In this document: positions 19,028-28,621 of the stretch, one piece after another | How positions within the stretch are numbered: the first letter of the stretch is position 1 | Layout of the letters: each line of letters opens with the position of its first letter | NCBI GenBank assembly: GCA_038154705.1 | Contig: JAYPYZ010000004.1 | Span: forward strand, 1-61,488 | Reading direction: 5' to 3' | Origin: Flavobacteriales bacterium | Lineage (GTDB): Bacteria > Bacteroidota > Bacteroidia > Flavobacteriales > Schleiferiaceae | Length of the DNA stretch: 61,488 nucleotides | Notes under the pieces: generated by a model | What the model was told of the DNA's origin: nothing | The model's input: only the letters and a program-made list of their open reading frames with translations | The model's database searches: none | Translations under genes and position numbers: made by a program

Positions 19028-20206
19028 ATGAGTACACCATCATCAGACCGTTACGCCGGTAGAGGCGTAAGTGCACAGAAAGAAGACGTCCACAACGCCA
19101 TTAAAAACATCGATAAAGGTTTGTTCCCTAAAGCCTTTTGTAAAATCGTGCCGGATTACTTGACCGGAGACGCCGACTATTGTTTGGTCATGCATGCCGA
19201 CGGTGCCGGGACGAAAAGTTCCCTTGCCTACATGTATTGGAAGGAAACAGGCGATGTGAGCGTGTGGAAGGGCATCGCCCAAGATGCACTCATTATGAAT
19301 ATCGACGACCTACTGTGTGTCGGTGCTACGGAGAACATCATGCTCAGCTCGACCATAGGGCGCAACAAAGGTTTGATTACCGGCGAAGTACTAGCGGCCA
19401 TCATTGGTGGTACGGAGGAGCTCATTGAGGAGTACGGCAAGTTTGGTGTGAATATTTTAAGTACCGGAGGTGAGACTGCGGACGTAGGAGATTTAGTGCG
19501 TACCATTATTGTCGACTCTACGGTGGTCGCGCGCATGAAACGCAGCGATGTAGTAGATAATGCCAACATCAAGCCCGGAAATGTCATTGTTGGCTTGGCC
19601 AGCTTTGGACAAGCGAATTATGAAAGTGAGTACAATGGCGGGATGGGATCCAATGGATTGACCAGTGCGCGCCATGATGTTTTCGACAAGAGTTTAGCGG
19701 CCAAGTATCCGGAAAGTTTTGATCCTGCTGTCCCACAGGAATTGGTGTATACAGGTTCAAAGCAATTGACCGAAGCTACTGATACTCCTTTGGATGCAGG
19801 AAAGTTGGTGCTTAGTCCTACCCGTACATATGCGCCTATTATTAAAGCAATTTTAGATAAGTACCGTCACCAGATTGATGGTATGGTACATTGTTCCGGT
19901 GGTGCACAGACGAAAATTTTGCATTTCCTCAAAGAAGGACATGTCATTAAAGATAACTTGTTCCCAGTGCCGCCGCTATTTAAGATGATTCAAGAAGAGA
20001 GTGGCACGGCATGGAAAGAAATGTATGAGGTCTTTAACATGGGCCATCGCATGGAATTGTATGTAACGCCGGAATTGGCGGAGGAGATTATAGCCATCTC
20101 AGAATCATTTGGTGTTCCAGCGCAGGTAGTGGGCCGAGTGGAAGCTGGGGCGGGCAAGGAATTGACCATTAGTAGTGAGTTTGGAACCTTTGAATACAGC
20201 AAATAA
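19028..20206 (+). CDS. purM: AIR synthase-related protein (phosphoribosylformylglycinamidine cyclo-ligase, long Bacteroidota form)
   Basis: PurM-like N- and C-terminal domains ([38 protein letters not shown]). Start at the ATG after the terminator hairpin. Confidence 0.7.
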   Translation: MSTPSSDRYAGRGVSAQKEDVHNAIKNIDKGLFPKAFCKIVPDYLTGDADYCLVMHADGAGTKSSLAYMYWKETGDVSVWKGIAQDALIMNIDDLLCVGATENIMLSSTIGRNKGLITGEVLAAIIGGTEELIEEYGKFGVNILSTGGETADVGDLVRTIIVDSTVVARMKRSDVVDNANIKPGNVIVGLASFGQANYESEYNGGMGSNGLTSARHDVFDKSLAAKYPESFDPAVPQELVYTGSKQLTEATDTPLDAGKLVLSPTRTYAPIIKAILDKYRHQIDGMVHCSGGAQTKILHFLKEGHVIKDNLFPVPPLFKMIQEESGTAWKEMYEVFNMGHRMELYVTPELAEEIIAISESFGVPAQVVGRVEAGAGKELTISSEFGTFEYSK

Positions 20207-21279
20207 TGCTTGATAAACTCAACGTCGTATTTCAGCGCTTCAATGAGGTCAATGACTTGATCATTCAGCCCGATATCATTTCGGACGGTAAGCGTTATGT
20301 ATTACTGAACAGAGAATACAAGAACCTCAAACCTATTGTGGAGGCACGCGAGCAGTTCATCGAGTTGGAGAGCCGAATTGCTGAAGCGAAGACGGTGCTC
20401 AGAGAAGAATCGGACCCTGATTTCAAAGAAATGGCGAAGATGGAACTCGAAGAGTTGGAGCCTGCCTTTGAAACGTTGTTGGAGGATATCAAAGTATTGC
20501 TCATTCCTAAGGATCCTGAGGACGATAAGAACGCTTTGGTTGAGATTCGTCAAGGTGCCGGTGGTGATGAGGGAGCCATTTTTGCCGGTGATCTATTCCG
20601 TATGTATCAACGTTATGTGGAACAGCGAGGCTGGTCCATGGAGGTTATTACCGTGAACGAAGGGACTGCCGGAGGCTTTAAGGAAGTTGCTTTCGAAGTG
20701 GGCGGTGAAGGAGTGTATGGCATTTTGAAATACGAGAGTGGTGTGCATCGCGTGCAGCGCGTTCCTGCGACCGAAAGCCAGGGTCGTGTTCATACTTCAG
20801 CGGCATCTGTAGTGGTATTGCCTGAGGCGGAAGATGTGGATGTGGATCTTGATATGAAAGATGTGAAGAAAGATACCTACCGTTCACAAGGTGCGGGAGG
20901 ACAGCACGTAAACAAAACGGAAAGTGCCGTTCGATTGACACACTTGCCATCGGGTTTGGTGGTGGAGTGTCAAGATGGGCGTTCACAACATAAGAACTAC
21001 GAACAAGCGTTGAAGGTGCTGCGTTCGAGATTGTATGATCTTGAGTTCAAAAAGAAGCAAGAAGAGCAGGCGGCTCAGCGTAAAACGATGGTGAGTACGG
21101 GAGACCGTTCGGCCAAGATTCGTACCTATAACTATCCGCAAGGTAGGGTTACCGATCATAGAATTGGGCTGACGACCTATAACCTTGGTGATGTGATGAA
21201 TGGTGATATTCAGAAATTTATTGACGAACTTCATATGGCGGAAAACGCCGAGAAGTTAAAAGAGGGGAGTACCTATTAA
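20206..21279 (+). CDS. prfA: Peptide chain release factor 1
   Basis: GGQ motif ([20 protein letters not shown]) and RF1-type PAT tripeptide ([10 protein letters not shown]). Start overlaps the purM stop (TAATG). Confidence 0.95.
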   Translation: MLDKLNVVFQRFNEVNDLIIQPDIISDGKRYVLLNREYKNLKPIVEAREQFIELESRIAEAKTVLREESDPDFKEMAKMELEELEPAFETLLEDIKVLLIPKDPEDDKNALVEIRQGAGGDEGAIFAGDLFRMYQRYVEQRGWSMEVITVNEGTAGGFKEVAFEVGGEGVYGILKYESGVHRVQRVPATESQGRVHTSAASVVVLPEAEDVDVDLDMKDVKKDTYRSQGAGGQHVNKTESAVRLTHLPSGLVVECQDGRSQHKNYEQALKVLRSRLYDLEFKKKQEEQAAQRKTMVSTGDRSAKIRTYNYPQGRVTDHRIGLTTYNLGDVMNGDIQKFIDELHMAENAEKLKEGSTY

Positions 21280-21280
21280 T

Positions 21281-22096
21281 ATGGATAAGGCAGCATTGGT
21301 AGCACAGATAGAGAAGAAGCGCAGCGTACTTTGTGTAGGTCTGGATACGGACTTGAATAAGATACCGCCGCACTTGCTGAAGGAATCGGACCCCATTTTT
21401 GCCTTTAATAAAGCCATTATTGATGCTACAGCTGAGTATACAGTAGCGTACAAACCTAATATCGCGTTTTACGAAAGCTATGGCGTGAAGGGCTGGCAAA
21501 GCTTGGAGAAGACCATCAACTATTTGAATGAATCGTATCCTGAGGTTTTTACTATTGCGGATGCGAAACGCGGCGATATTGGTAATACGTCTAAGATGTA
21601 TGCCGATGCATTTTTCAATGCCTTTGAATTTGATAGCGTGACTGTGGCTCCTTATATGGGGGTGGATAGCGTAAGCCCATTTCTTGCCTACGATGGCAAA
21701 TGGGTCATTCTATTGGCATTGACTTCGAATCAGGGGGCCTTTGATTTCCAGTTCATCAAGGACGAAAATGGAGTAGCCTTGTTTGAGAATGTGGTGCGCA
21801 AGGCACAGGAGTGGGCAACACCGGACCAATTGATGTTCGTGCTCGGCGCCACCAAAACGGAATATTTAGAACAAGTTCGTGCTGCGGCACCGGAATCATT
21901 TTTCCTAGTACCTGGAGTGGGCGCGCAAGGCGGTTCGTTGAAGGATGTACTGGAAAAAGCGACAAATAAGGACTATGGTGTACTTGTAAATAGTACCCGT
22001 GGCATCATTTATCAGAGTACTGGAGAGGATTTTGCAGCGGCGGCAGGCCAGGCTGCAAGGGAGCTTCAGAAAGAAATGTCTGATATATTGTTCTAG
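21281..22096 (+). CDS. pyrF: Orotidine 5'-phosphate decarboxylase (type 2)
   Basis: [10 protein letters not shown] active-site motif, 271 aa. Confidence 0.9.
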   Translation: MDKAALVAQIEKKRSVLCVGLDTDLNKIPPHLLKESDPIFAFNKAIIDATAEYTVAYKPNIAFYESYGVKGWQSLEKTINYLNESYPEVFTIADAKRGDIGNTSKMYADAFFNAFEFDSVTVAPYMGVDSVSPFLAYDGKWVILLALTSNQGAFDFQFIKDENGVALFENVVRKAQEWATPDQLMFVLGATKTEYLEQVRAAAPESFFLVPGVGAQGGSLKDVLEKATNKDYGVLVNSTRGIIYQSTGEDFAAAAGQAARELQKEMSDILF

Positions 22097-22160
22097 TGTG
22101 CGCTGAGTCACACCTGGTTCGTTTTAGATTCTTGAAATTTGGGGAACTAAATCGGACAGT

Positions 22161-22961
22161 ATGGACATTATCGGATATCTAGCATCAATTTTCATCGGAA
22201 TTTCACTGGGCCTTATTGGCGGTGGAGGTTCCATTCTAACGGTACCCGCGTTGGTGTACTTGTTTGGGATTTCTGCGGAATTAAGTACCGCTTACTCATT
22301 ATTTATTGTGGGTACTACGGCGCTCGTTGGTGGGATTCGAAATGCGACCTTAGGCAATGTGAATTACAAGACGGCAGTAGTCTTTACCATTCCTGCTTTT
22401 ATTGCGGTGTATGCCACTCGCGCATATTTGATTCCAGCTATTCCGGCTGAGATCTTAACCATTGGTGATTTTATCCTAACTAAGGATATCGCCATTATGA
22501 TCTTCTTCGCCTTAGTGATGCTAGCGGCTTCTGTAAGTATGATTCGCAACAAGCGAAAGGACGGTGAAGAAGACGATGTTGAGGTAGAGCCACAATTTAA
22601 TGTGCCAGCAATTATTGCAGAAGGAGCAGTGGTAGGTGTGTTGACAGGTATTGTTGGTGCCGGCGGCGGATTTTTGATTATTCCAGCCCTAGTGTTGTTC
22701 GCTAAGATTCCAATGAAAAAAGCAGTGGGAACGTCCTTGTTGATCATTGCGGCGAAGAGCCTCATCGGTTTCATTGGCGATGTACAACGCCCTGATTTAG
22801 AAATTGATTGGACCTTACTTTTATCAGTTACGGCAATTGCAGTAGTTGGTATCTTTATAGGGATTTATTTGGCCAAGTTCATCGACGGTAAAAAGTTGAA
22901 GAAAGGCTTTGGATGGTTTGTCCTTTTGATGGCCGTCTATATTATAGGAAAACAATTGTAA
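22161..22961 (+). CDS. TauE/SafE family sulfite/anion exporter
   Basis: Two-repeat polytopic membrane protein with GGGGSILTVP and GAGGGFLIIPAL motifs. Confidence 0.8.
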   Translation: MDIIGYLASIFIGISLGLIGGGGSILTVPALVYLFGISAELSTAYSLFIVGTTALVGGIRNATLGNVNYKTAVVFTIPAFIAVYATRAYLIPAIPAEILTIGDFILTKDIAIMIFFALVMLAASVSMIRNKRKDGEEDDVEVEPQFNVPAIIAEGAVVGVLTGIVGAGGGFLIIPALVLFAKIPMKKAVGTSLLIIAAKSLIGFIGDVQRPDLEIDWTLLLSVTAIAVVGIFIGIYLAKFIDGKKLKKGFGWFVLLMAVYIIGKQL

Positions 22962-22990
22962 GAACATAGAGAAAAAAAAATTCCAGAATC

Positions 22991-24391
22991 ATGACAGTAG
23001 AACAGATTTACACTGGATGTTTGGCACAAGGTGCCTACTACATCGCTTCCAACGGGGAAGCTGTGATCATTGACCCACTTCGTGAAGTAGGGCCATACAT
23101 GGACCGTGCTGAAAAAGACGGCGTGAAAATCAAATACATTTTGGAAACACACTTCCACGCGGATTTTGTTTCTGGTCACCTTGACCTAGCTGCAAAAACG
23201 GGTGCAACTATCGTGTACGGCCCCACGGCAAACACGAAGTTTGATTGCCACGTAGCTACAGACGGTGAAGTGCTTAAGGTAGGTGATGTTGAGATTCACG
23301 TCTTGCATACTCCAGGTCATACCATGGAGAGCACTACCTATTTGTTGAAAGACGAGAGTGGCAAAGATCACGCGATTTTCTCAGGGGATACGCTGTTCCT
23401 AGGAGATGTAGGTCGTCCAGATTTGGCTCAGAAGGCAGCGACAATGACGCAGGAAGAGTTGGCAGGAATTCTTTACGATTCATTGCGCAACAAAATCATG
23501 ACCTTGGCAGATGAGGTAATTGTCTACCCTGGTCACGGTGCAGGTTCTTCTTGTGGTAAGAACATGTCTAAGGAAACTGTGGGCACCATTGGTGATCAAA
23601 AGGCTACGAACTACGCATTGCGCGCAAATATGACCAAAGAAGAGTTTGTTGCTGAGGTGACAGACGGTCTAAGTGCTCCTCCAGCATACTTCCCGGAAAA
23701 CGTTCGTATGAACAAGATGGGGTACGAAAGTTTGGACAAAGTGATGGAGAAAGGTCTTCGTGCATTATCTCCAGATGCTTTTGAAGCGGCTGCGAACGAA
23801 ACAGAAGCTTTGGTCATTGATACGCGTCACCAAAACACCTTCATCAAAGGATTTGTGCCACAATCTATCTTCATCGGTATCGACGGTAGCTTTGCGATGT
23901 GGGTAGGTGCGTTGATCCTCGATATCAAACAACCTATTTTGATCATTGCAGAACCTGGTCGCGAGGAAGAGGTGGTAACGCGTTTGTCTCGTGTAGGATA
24001 TGATAATTCAATAGGATTCTTGGAGGGTGGATTTGATGCATGGAAAGCAGCCGGTAAGGATGTAGATACCTTGGATCAAGTAACGGCCGAAGAATTGAAA
24101 GGCATTGAAGGTGCCACTATCGTTGACGTACGTAAGAAAGGTGAATACCTGAGCGAGCACGTGGTAGATGCTGTGAACGTTGAACTAGATTACTTCAACG
24201 ATCAAATGGCTTCTGTACCACAAGAAGGTACGTTCTATGTGCACTGTGCTGGAGGATACCGTTCTGTAATTGCCTCTTCTATTTTGAAAGCCCGTGGCTA
24301 CCACAACATGGTGGATGTTGCAGGTGGTTTCAAAGCCATTAAAGAAGCGGGATTGAACGTGACAGATTACGTATGTCCTTCAACCTTGTAA
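22991..24391 (+). CDS. Persulfide dioxygenase-like MBL-fold protein fused to two rhodanese domains (CstB-like architecture)
   Basis: MBL motifs ETHFHADF and HTPGHTMES. First rhodanese-like domain lacks the catalytic Cys. Second carries the active-site loop HCAGGYRS. Confidence 0.8.
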   Translation: MTVEQIYTGCLAQGAYYIASNGEAVIIDPLREVGPYMDRAEKDGVKIKYILETHFHADFVSGHLDLAAKTGATIVYGPTANTKFDCHVATDGEVLKVGDVEIHVLHTPGHTMESTTYLLKDESGKDHAIFSGDTLFLGDVGRPDLAQKAATMTQEELAGILYDSLRNKIMTLADEVIVYPGHGAGSSCGKNMSKETVGTIGDQKATNYALRANMTKEEFVAEVTDGLSAPPAYFPENVRMNKMGYESLDKVMEKGLRALSPDAFEAAANETEALVIDTRHQNTFIKGFVPQSIFIGIDGSFAMWVGALILDIKQPILIIAEPGREEEVVTRLSRVGYDNSIGFLEGGFDAWKAAGKDVDTLDQVTAEELKGIEGATIVDVRKKGEYLSEHVVDAVNVELDYFNDQMASVPQEGTFYVHCAGGYRSVIASSILKARGYHNMVDVAGGFKAIKEAGLNVTDYVCPSTL

Positions 24392-24410
24392 GACCATAAT
24401 AAACCGCAGA

Positions 24411-24440
24411 AAAGCCGCGCCTCAAGGGGTGCGGCTTTTT
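24411..24440 (+). terminator. Probable terminator after PDO-rhodanese gene
   Basis: aaagccgc...gcggcttttt: imperfect hairpin with a T-run. Confidence 0.55.
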
Positions 24441-24504
24441 ACGCATTTACCCATTACCCCCTAACCGCTGAGCTTGTACACTCGTTTAACTTAACTTTTT
24501 AATC

Positions 24505-25062
24505 ATGGATTTGATTATGCAACCTTGGCCATGGTACGTGAGCGGCGCTTTGATCGCGCTGGTGATGTTCATCATGCTATATTTTGGGAAGAGCTTCGGC
24601 TTTTCGAGCAACTTGCGTACACTATGTACGATGTGTGGTGCGGATAAATTTGCACCCTTTTTCCAATTCAATTGGAAGGAACAAAGCTGGAACTTGATGT
24701 TCCTTGTTGGATCGGGTATCGGCGGATACATCGCGATGAACTTCCTTTCTCCGGAAGGCTACACTGTGGCTATTTCGGAATCAACGATTGCAGATTTAGC
24801 GAACCTTGGTTTTGATACCGTGGACGGTTTTGTTCCTGCAAGTCAATTCTCTTGGGAAGCCATGAGCAATTCTACTAACCTTTGGATCTTGATTGCCGGT
24901 GGTTTTATGGTAGGATTTGGCGCGCGTTATGCTGGTGGTTGTACCAGCGGACATGCCATCTCTGGTATTTCGAATCTGCAGCCAGCATCTTTGTTGGCGG
25001 TAGTAGGCTTTTTCATTGGTGGATTGGCCATGACTCATTTCTTATTCCCATTAATTTACTAA
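24505..25062 (+). CDS. YeeE/YedE family sulfur-compound transporter component
   Basis: Membrane protein with the family motif ARYAGGCTSGHAISG. Confidence 0.8.
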   Translation: MDLIMQPWPWYVSGALIALVMFIMLYFGKSFGFSSNLRTLCTMCGADKFAPFFQFNWKEQSWNLMFLVGSGIGGYIAMNFLSPEGYTVAISESTIADLANLGFDTVDGFVPASQFSWEAMSNSTNLWILIAGGFMVGFGARYAGGCTSGHAISGISNLQPASLLAVVGFFIGGLAMTHFLFPLIY

Positions 25063-25065
25063 GCC

Positions 25066-25479
25066 ATGAAGAATTTTAAATTTTTACTAGCGGGTGTGTT
25101 CTTCGGAATCATCATGTTCAAGAGTGAAGCGGCTTCTTGGTACCGCATTCAGGAAATGTTCCGTTTCCAATCTATCCACATGTACGGAATCATCGGATTG
25201 GCGGTGGCTTTGGGTGTGCCGATGGTTTGGTTGATCAAAAAGAATAATGTGAAGGATTTTACAGGAGCTCCTATTGTATTCCAGCCTAAGGCTTGGAGCA
25301 TTTGGCGCTACTTGCTTGGAGGTACCATCTTCGGTTTGGGTTGGGCACTTAGCGGTGCTTGTCCGGGGCCAATTGTGGTAAACATCGGTGCAGGATACGG
25401 TGGATATGTTATCGTATTGGCCAGCGCAATCCTAGGAACCTTTGTTTACGGACTAGTTCGCAACAAACTTCCACACTAA
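25066..25479 (+). CDS. YeeE/YedE-like membrane protein (second half of split transporter)
   Basis: GWALSGACPGP motif. Starts 3 nt after the preceding gene. Confidence 0.75.
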   Translation: MKNFKFLLAGVFFGIIMFKSEAASWYRIQEMFRFQSIHMYGIIGLAVALGVPMVWLIKKNNVKDFTGAPIVFQPKAWSIWRYLLGGTIFGLGWALSGACPGPIVVNIGAGYGGYVIVLASAILGTFVYGLVRNKLPH

Positions 25480-25491
25480 ACCTTGCCCTCC

Positions 25492-26553
25492 ATGGATTTC
25501 AAGCAACTTCCTGAGGATAGAAAATTTCAGCTCGCCAACCTCATCGGTCAGATGGGGAAGGCGATGCAGACTTTCTTTTTTGGCTTGATTTTATTGGTCG
25601 CCATTTGGACAATTTCTAAGAATGTGCCAGAACCGACTAATTATCCGGCTATGGCTGAAGTCGTGCCCAATGTGCCATGGGATTATAAGGCCTTTGAAAA
25701 TGTAGATTTCTTGAACCCGGCGACCAACGAACAGGTAGCTTGGGGTAGAAAGCTCATTACGGAGACTGCGGACCACTTGGGCCCAAATAGTGAAACCCCT
25801 TTCGCGGGGAACAACCTCAATTGTACTTCATGTCACCTCGACGGTGGAGGCAAGCCCTTCGCTGCGCCATTCGTTACTGTTCCTAGCCAATTTCCTCAGT
25901 TCCGCGGTCGCGAAAACAAAGAAGGAACCATTGAAGAGCGTATCAACGGGTGTATGCAGCGTTCCATGAACGGCAAGCCACTCCCTGTAGAGAGTGATGA
26001 AATGGCAGCCATGGTCGCCTACATGGAATGGTTGAGCTACGATAAGCCGCGTGGAGAAAAAGTCAAGGGCAACAAATTCCTTTCCATCACGTACCCAGAT
26101 CGTGCCGTGGATTTGAAGCACGGTAAGGATGTCTATGTGCAGCACTGTCAACTTTGTCATAAGGAAGATGGTCAAGGGGAACGCAAGCCAGGCAGCAACG
26201 GATATACCTATCCACCGCTTTGGGGTCCAGATTCATACAATCACGGTGCTGGTATGCACCGCGTGTTGACGGCAGCGCAGTTCATTAAAGGGAATATGCC
26301 GCTTGGGACCGCTGCTGATGAGCCATTGTTGACGGACGAAGAAGCCTTCGATGTGGCAGGGTATATCAATAGTTTTGATCGCCCCATTAAAGCGAATGCT
26401 GAAGCAGATTTTCCGGACCGAACGCTCAAGCCAATGTCAACGCCATACGGTCCTTGGACAGATGATTTCTCGCCTGAGCAGCATAAATTCGGACCGTATG
26501 CGGAGATTGCCACCTTTTATGAAGCCCAATACGGCTTAAAAAAGACAAAGTGA
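25492..26553 (+). CDS. Membrane-anchored dihaem c-type cytochrome, TsdA/SoxA-like (candidate thiosulfate dehydrogenase)
   Basis: Two CxxCH sites (CTSCH, CQLCH). Conserved-looking RINGCMQRSMNG Cys 39 residues after the first haem His, like the His/Cys-ligated haem of TsdA/SoxA. N-terminal TM helix. ATG 25492 preferred over TTG 25483. Confidence 0.6.
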   Translation: MDFKQLPEDRKFQLANLIGQMGKAMQTFFFGLILLVAIWTISKNVPEPTNYPAMAEVVPNVPWDYKAFENVDFLNPATNEQVAWGRKLITETADHLGPNSETPFAGNNLNCTSCHLDGGGKPFAAPFVTVPSQFPQFRGRENKEGTIEERINGCMQRSMNGKPLPVESDEMAAMVAYMEWLSYDKPRGEKVKGNKFLSITYPDRAVDLKHGKDVYVQHCQLCHKEDGQGERKPGSNGYTYPPLWGPDSYNHGAGMHRVLTAAQFIKGNMPLGTAADEPLLTDEEAFDVAGYINSFDRPIKANAEADFPDRTLKPMSTPYGPWTDDFSPEQHKFGPYAEIATFYEAQYGLKKTK

Positions 26554-26615
26554 TTGTTCAAAGTAAGCAATCTTAGTAGCATCAATTAATAGAGCTTTAG
26601 GCTACCTTTAAGGGG

Positions 26616-27635
26616 ATGAACAATCCGTTCCACAGCCTTAGAAAAGCCCTTGCAGTATTTGCCTTCATTTTGTTGGCAGGCACTATCGGATACCGCTACA
26701 TCGAATCCTATTCGTGGTTGGAGGCGTTTTACATGGTCATTCAAACCGTGAGTACGGTGGGCTTTAACGAGGTGCGACCGTTGAGCACAGGAGGTACTTG
26801 GTTCACCATTGCCTTGATCGTGGGCAGCTTCGGAACGTTCGCTTATGGGGCAGGTTTATTGGCCCAATTAGCGCTTGACGGAAGTGTTCAGCAATTTGTC
26901 AAAACCAAAAGATTAGAACGCAAGGTGGAAAAGTTAGCAGGACATGTAATCGTATGTGGTTTGGGAAGAAATGGCCGCCAAGTGGTGGATCGTCTTCTTT
27001 CCTACAAGGCCCAAGTGGTCATTATCGAACAGGATGCCGAACGTGCCGAGCGCTTTCGAGAAGAATTCGCCGGTGCCCTTCTCATTATTGGAGACGCTAC
27101 GGCGGATGAAATTTTAGAGAAGGCGAATATTTCGAAGGCCAGCTCCCTCATCGCCGCCCTAGCCTCAGATACCGACAACCTCTTTGTGGTCATTAGTGCA
27201 CGCCAGCTCAATCCGGGATTAAAAATTGGCGCCCGCGCGAATACCGAGAGTACCGAGAAAAAGCTCCTTGCCGCGGGCGCGGACTACACCGTCAGTCCAA
27301 ACTTGGTCGGTGGGGCACACCTGGCGCACAACCTGATGAACCCGGGCGTGATGAATTTCCTTGACCACCTGAGTGTGGGAGGATCCAGCGCGACAAATAT
27401 TGAAGAAATAGAGGTGGACGAGCTGCCTGAAACGAAGGGTTCGAAGAATATCAAAGACCTCCAAATCCGCCAGGAGACAGGCTGTACGGTCATAGGATAT
27501 GTGGACGAAAGCGGAGCATTGACGGTGAATCCATCGCCTGACATGCAACTGGCCCCACATTCAAAATTGTATGTACTGGGCAATGACGATGAAATTCGAG
27601 CGTTGCGTAAATGGTTCTCAGCGCAAACGCGGTAA
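26616..27635 (+). CDS. Two-TM pore-loop cation channel with RCK (TrkA-N/TrkA-C) domains
   Basis: TM1, pore helix, TM2, then Rossmann GLGRNGRQV and a TrkA-C-like end. The filter reads TVGFN rather than TVGYG. Confidence 0.8.
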   Translation: MNNPFHSLRKALAVFAFILLAGTIGYRYIESYSWLEAFYMVIQTVSTVGFNEVRPLSTGGTWFTIALIVGSFGTFAYGAGLLAQLALDGSVQQFVKTKRLERKVEKLAGHVIVCGLGRNGRQVVDRLLSYKAQVVIIEQDAERAERFREEFAGALLIIGDATADEILEKANISKASSLIAALASDTDNLFVVISARQLNPGLKIGARANTESTEKKLLAAGADYTVSPNLVGGAHLAHNLMNPGVMNFLDHLSVGGSSATNIEEIEVDELPETKGSKNIKDLQIRQETGCTVIGYVDESGALTVNPSPDMQLAPHSKLYVLGNDDEIRALRKWFSAQTR

Positions 27636-27655
27636 TTTTGTCCAAACTCCAATCC

Positions 27656-28552
27656 ATGAAAATTCTCTACACCGGCTCGAACGGCCTTCTTGGCCAAAAA
27701 ATCAGCCACGCTACACCGACTTTTCCTCAACACGAGTTCTTGGCGACCTCTCGTGGGGCGAACAGAACCCAAAACATGGGAACGGCGGCCTACGCTTCGA
27801 TGGACATCACCGACCGCGAGGATGTGTTGCGAGTAGTGGGGGAGTTTCAGCCGGATGTGATCATTCACGGCGCGGCAATGACGCACGTAGACGAATGCGA
27901 ACTACATCCCGAGCAAGCCACCTTGATGAATGTTGAGGGCACGCGCCACATGGCCGAAGCGGCCCAGCAGGTGGGTGCACACCTGGTACACATCAGCACG
28001 GATTTCATTTTCGACGGGAAGGACGGCCCGTATAAAGAAGAAGCGGAGCCGAACCCGATTAGCCACTACGGCTGGACCAAGCTTAAAGCGGAAAAAATCG
28101 TCGAGCAATTGCCGTCCTACAGCATTTTAAGAACGGTACTGGTGATTGGTATGGCCGAGGACCTGAGCCGCAGCAATATTGTTCTGTGGGCCAAAGGCGC
28201 ATTGGAAAAAGGCCAAGCCATCAACGTGGTGGACGACCAATTCCGCACACCCACACTCGCCGAAGACCTTGCACAGGGCGCTTTATTGGCCGCAGATCAA
28301 AGAGCCCAGGGCGTATTCAACATCTCCGGACCGGACTATATGTCCATTTACGAGCTCGTTGGCCAAGTCGCGCAGCACTTCAACCTCTCCATGGATTCGG
28401 TCACGCGCGTGGACAGTACCACCTTGAATCAGCCCGCCAAACGCCCGCCAATAACGGGTTTTGATATTAACAAAGCACGAAAGGAATTGGGCTACGCACC
28501 GCACACATTTGCCGAAGCACTCGAAATCATCGCAGAGCAGGCAGGATTGTAG
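27656..28552 (+). CDS. SDR-family reductase, RmlD (dTDP-4-dehydrorhamnose reductase)-like
   Basis: MKILYTGSNGLLGQ Rossmann start and YGWTKLKAE (YxxxK). No other rml genes in the window. Confidence 0.65.
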   Translation: MKILYTGSNGLLGQKISHATPTFPQHEFLATSRGANRTQNMGTAAYASMDITDREDVLRVVGEFQPDVIIHGAAMTHVDECELHPEQATLMNVEGTRHMAEAAQQVGAHLVHISTDFIFDGKDGPYKEEAEPNPISHYGWTKLKAEKIVEQLPSYSILRTVLVIGMAEDLSRSNIVLWAKGALEKGQAINVVDDQFRTPTLAEDLAQGALLAADQRAQGVFNISGPDYMSIYELVGQVAQHFNLSMDSVTRVDSTTLNQPAKRPPITGFDINKARKELGYAPHTFAEALEIIAEQAGL

Positions 28553-28621
28553 CCTGATATTTGTCAAGTATAGCGCTTTCCACTATTTTCGGGATTCACT
28601 CTAAACGAATCCGGAAGGAGC

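Noticed and set aside
22972-22980. A9 homopolymer 11 nt upstream of the PDO-rhodanese start, considered as a possible phase-variation tract.
   Set aside because: It is intergenic, short, and consistent with the A-rich translation-initiation regions typical of Bacteroidota. Nothing suggests slipped-strand switching.
27284-27886. 200-aa minus-strand ORF spanning the K-channel / RmlD-like gene junction.
   Set aside because: It is antisense to two well-supported genes. Its Arg/Ser-rich low-complexity translation has no motifs, which is typical of a shadow ORF.
27656-28552. RmlD-like reductase without rmlABC neighbours, considered as a remnant of a polysaccharide locus.
   Set aside because: Stand-alone RmlD-fold SDR genes are common. 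No glycosyltransferases or flippases are nearby, so there is no basis for a cluster claim.
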